From Acidobacteriota bacterium (lineage in GTDB: Bacteria > Acidobacteriota > Thermoanaerobaculia > Multivoradales > UBA5704), in contig JBDTZG010000091.1 of assembly GCA_040005235.1 (NCBI GenBank), positions 1 to 16,376 of the forward strand: a DNA stretch of 16,376 nt. Direction: 5' to 3'. Numbering within the stretch: position 1 is the first letter of the stretch; every line of letters starts with the position of its first letter. The notes beneath the pieces were generated by a model, which ran no database searches, was not told the origin of the DNA, and was given only the letters and a program-made list of their open reading frames with translations. The position numbers and the translations under genes are program-made. Below are positions 15,739 through 16,376 of this stretch, piece by piece.

Positions 15739-16376
15739 ATGACAGGCAAGGCACTCTTGCTGCGGCGCGGACTTACCGTCCTCTGCGCCGTGGCGGCCCT
15801 CATGGGGATTCTCGCTCCACCGGCGGCCGCGCAGTCGGCCGCGGGCACCCTGATCGGTCGCGCCGTAGACGATTCCGGCGCCGGTCTGCCGGGCGTCACC
15901 GTGACCGCCACCAACACCGACACCGGCTCGTCCCGGCTCACGGTCACCGGCGAGGACGGCTCGTACCGTTTCGCCGCGCTGCCGGCCGGCCCGTACAAGG
16001 TCGTCACGGAGCTTGCCGGATTCTCGACCGTCACGGTCGAAGGGGTCGCCATTTCGGTCGCCTCCGAGCGGTCGATCGACATCACCCTCAAGCCGGCCGC
16101 CGTCGAGGAGTCGATCACGGTTGTCGACGAGGCGCCCCTGGTCTCCAACACCCCGTCGATCGGCGCCGTCATCAGCCAGGAAGAGCTGCAGAACCTGCCG
16201 CTCAACGGCCGCCAGTTCGCCAACCTCGCGGTGCTCGCGCCGGGCACCACGCTCGGCTACAACACCGACCCGACGAAGCCGGGCCAGCTGGTCGTCCAGC
16301 TGAACGGCGGCTTCGGCCGCAACGTCAACTACGTGGTCGACGGCGGCGACAACACCGACGACACGATCGGCGGCGC
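15739..16376 (+). CDS. TonB-dependent receptor (Oar-like, N-terminal carboxypeptidase regulatory-like domain), 3' truncated by the window end
   Basis: Not in the ORF track; translated by hand. AAGGAG RBS at 15724-15729, signal peptide ending AAA-Q, then GTLIGRAVDDSGAGLPGVTVTATN, LPAGPYKVVTELAGF, LQNLPLNGRQFANLAVLAPG and VNYVVDGGDNTD. Confidence 0.93.
   Translation, partial: MTGKALLLRRGLTVLCAVAALMGILAPPAAAQSAAGTLIGRAVDDSGAGLPGVTVTATNTDTGSSRLTVTGEDGSYRFAALPAGPYKVVTELAGFSTVTVEGVAISVASERSIDITLKPAAVEESITVVDEAPLVSNTPSIGAVISQEELQNLPLNGRQFANLAVLAPGTTLGYNTDPTKPGQLVVQLNGGFGRNVNYVVDGGDNTDDTIGG

Noticed and set aside
15693-16303. ORF-track calls 15693..16250 (-) and 16013..16303 (+)
   Set aside because: Shadows of the real TonB-dependent receptor frame starting at 15739.
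15739-16376. TonB-dependent receptor as importer of the peptide cores
   Set aside because: Only proximity supports it (about 7 kb away, beyond unrelated genes), with no sequence evidence of a link.

Overview
High-GC bacterial window; the gene repertoire suggests Acidobacteriota (inference only). Four recognisable genes form the backbone: a fused E1 alpha/beta 2-oxoacid dehydrogenase, a Ser/Thr kinase, a sulfatase-fold/TPR lipoprotein and the 5' part of a TonB-dependent receptor. Two accessory blocks (about 1-2893 and 5069-11160) are dominated by one paralogous helical/TPR-like protein family. It occurs as a Zn-finger-like+TPR protein with a damaged 3' end, a truncated copy coupled to an ECF sigma factor, a full XRE-HTH+TPR protein, a tandem double-HTH protein lacking the TPR array, a possible stand-alone C-terminal module and a 42-bp remnant. 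Between the HTH-TPR and double-HTH genes lies a signal-peptide-bearing precursor with three Cys-bracketed cores (GCx[IM]D[PG][DN]GxC). The best candidate for a new system is an RRNPP-like peptide/receptor signalling circuit in a diderm bacterium. Two unrelated 21-bp tandem arrays and a repeat-flanked cassette of two secreted-protein genes are also present. All alignments were done by eye and no database search was run.
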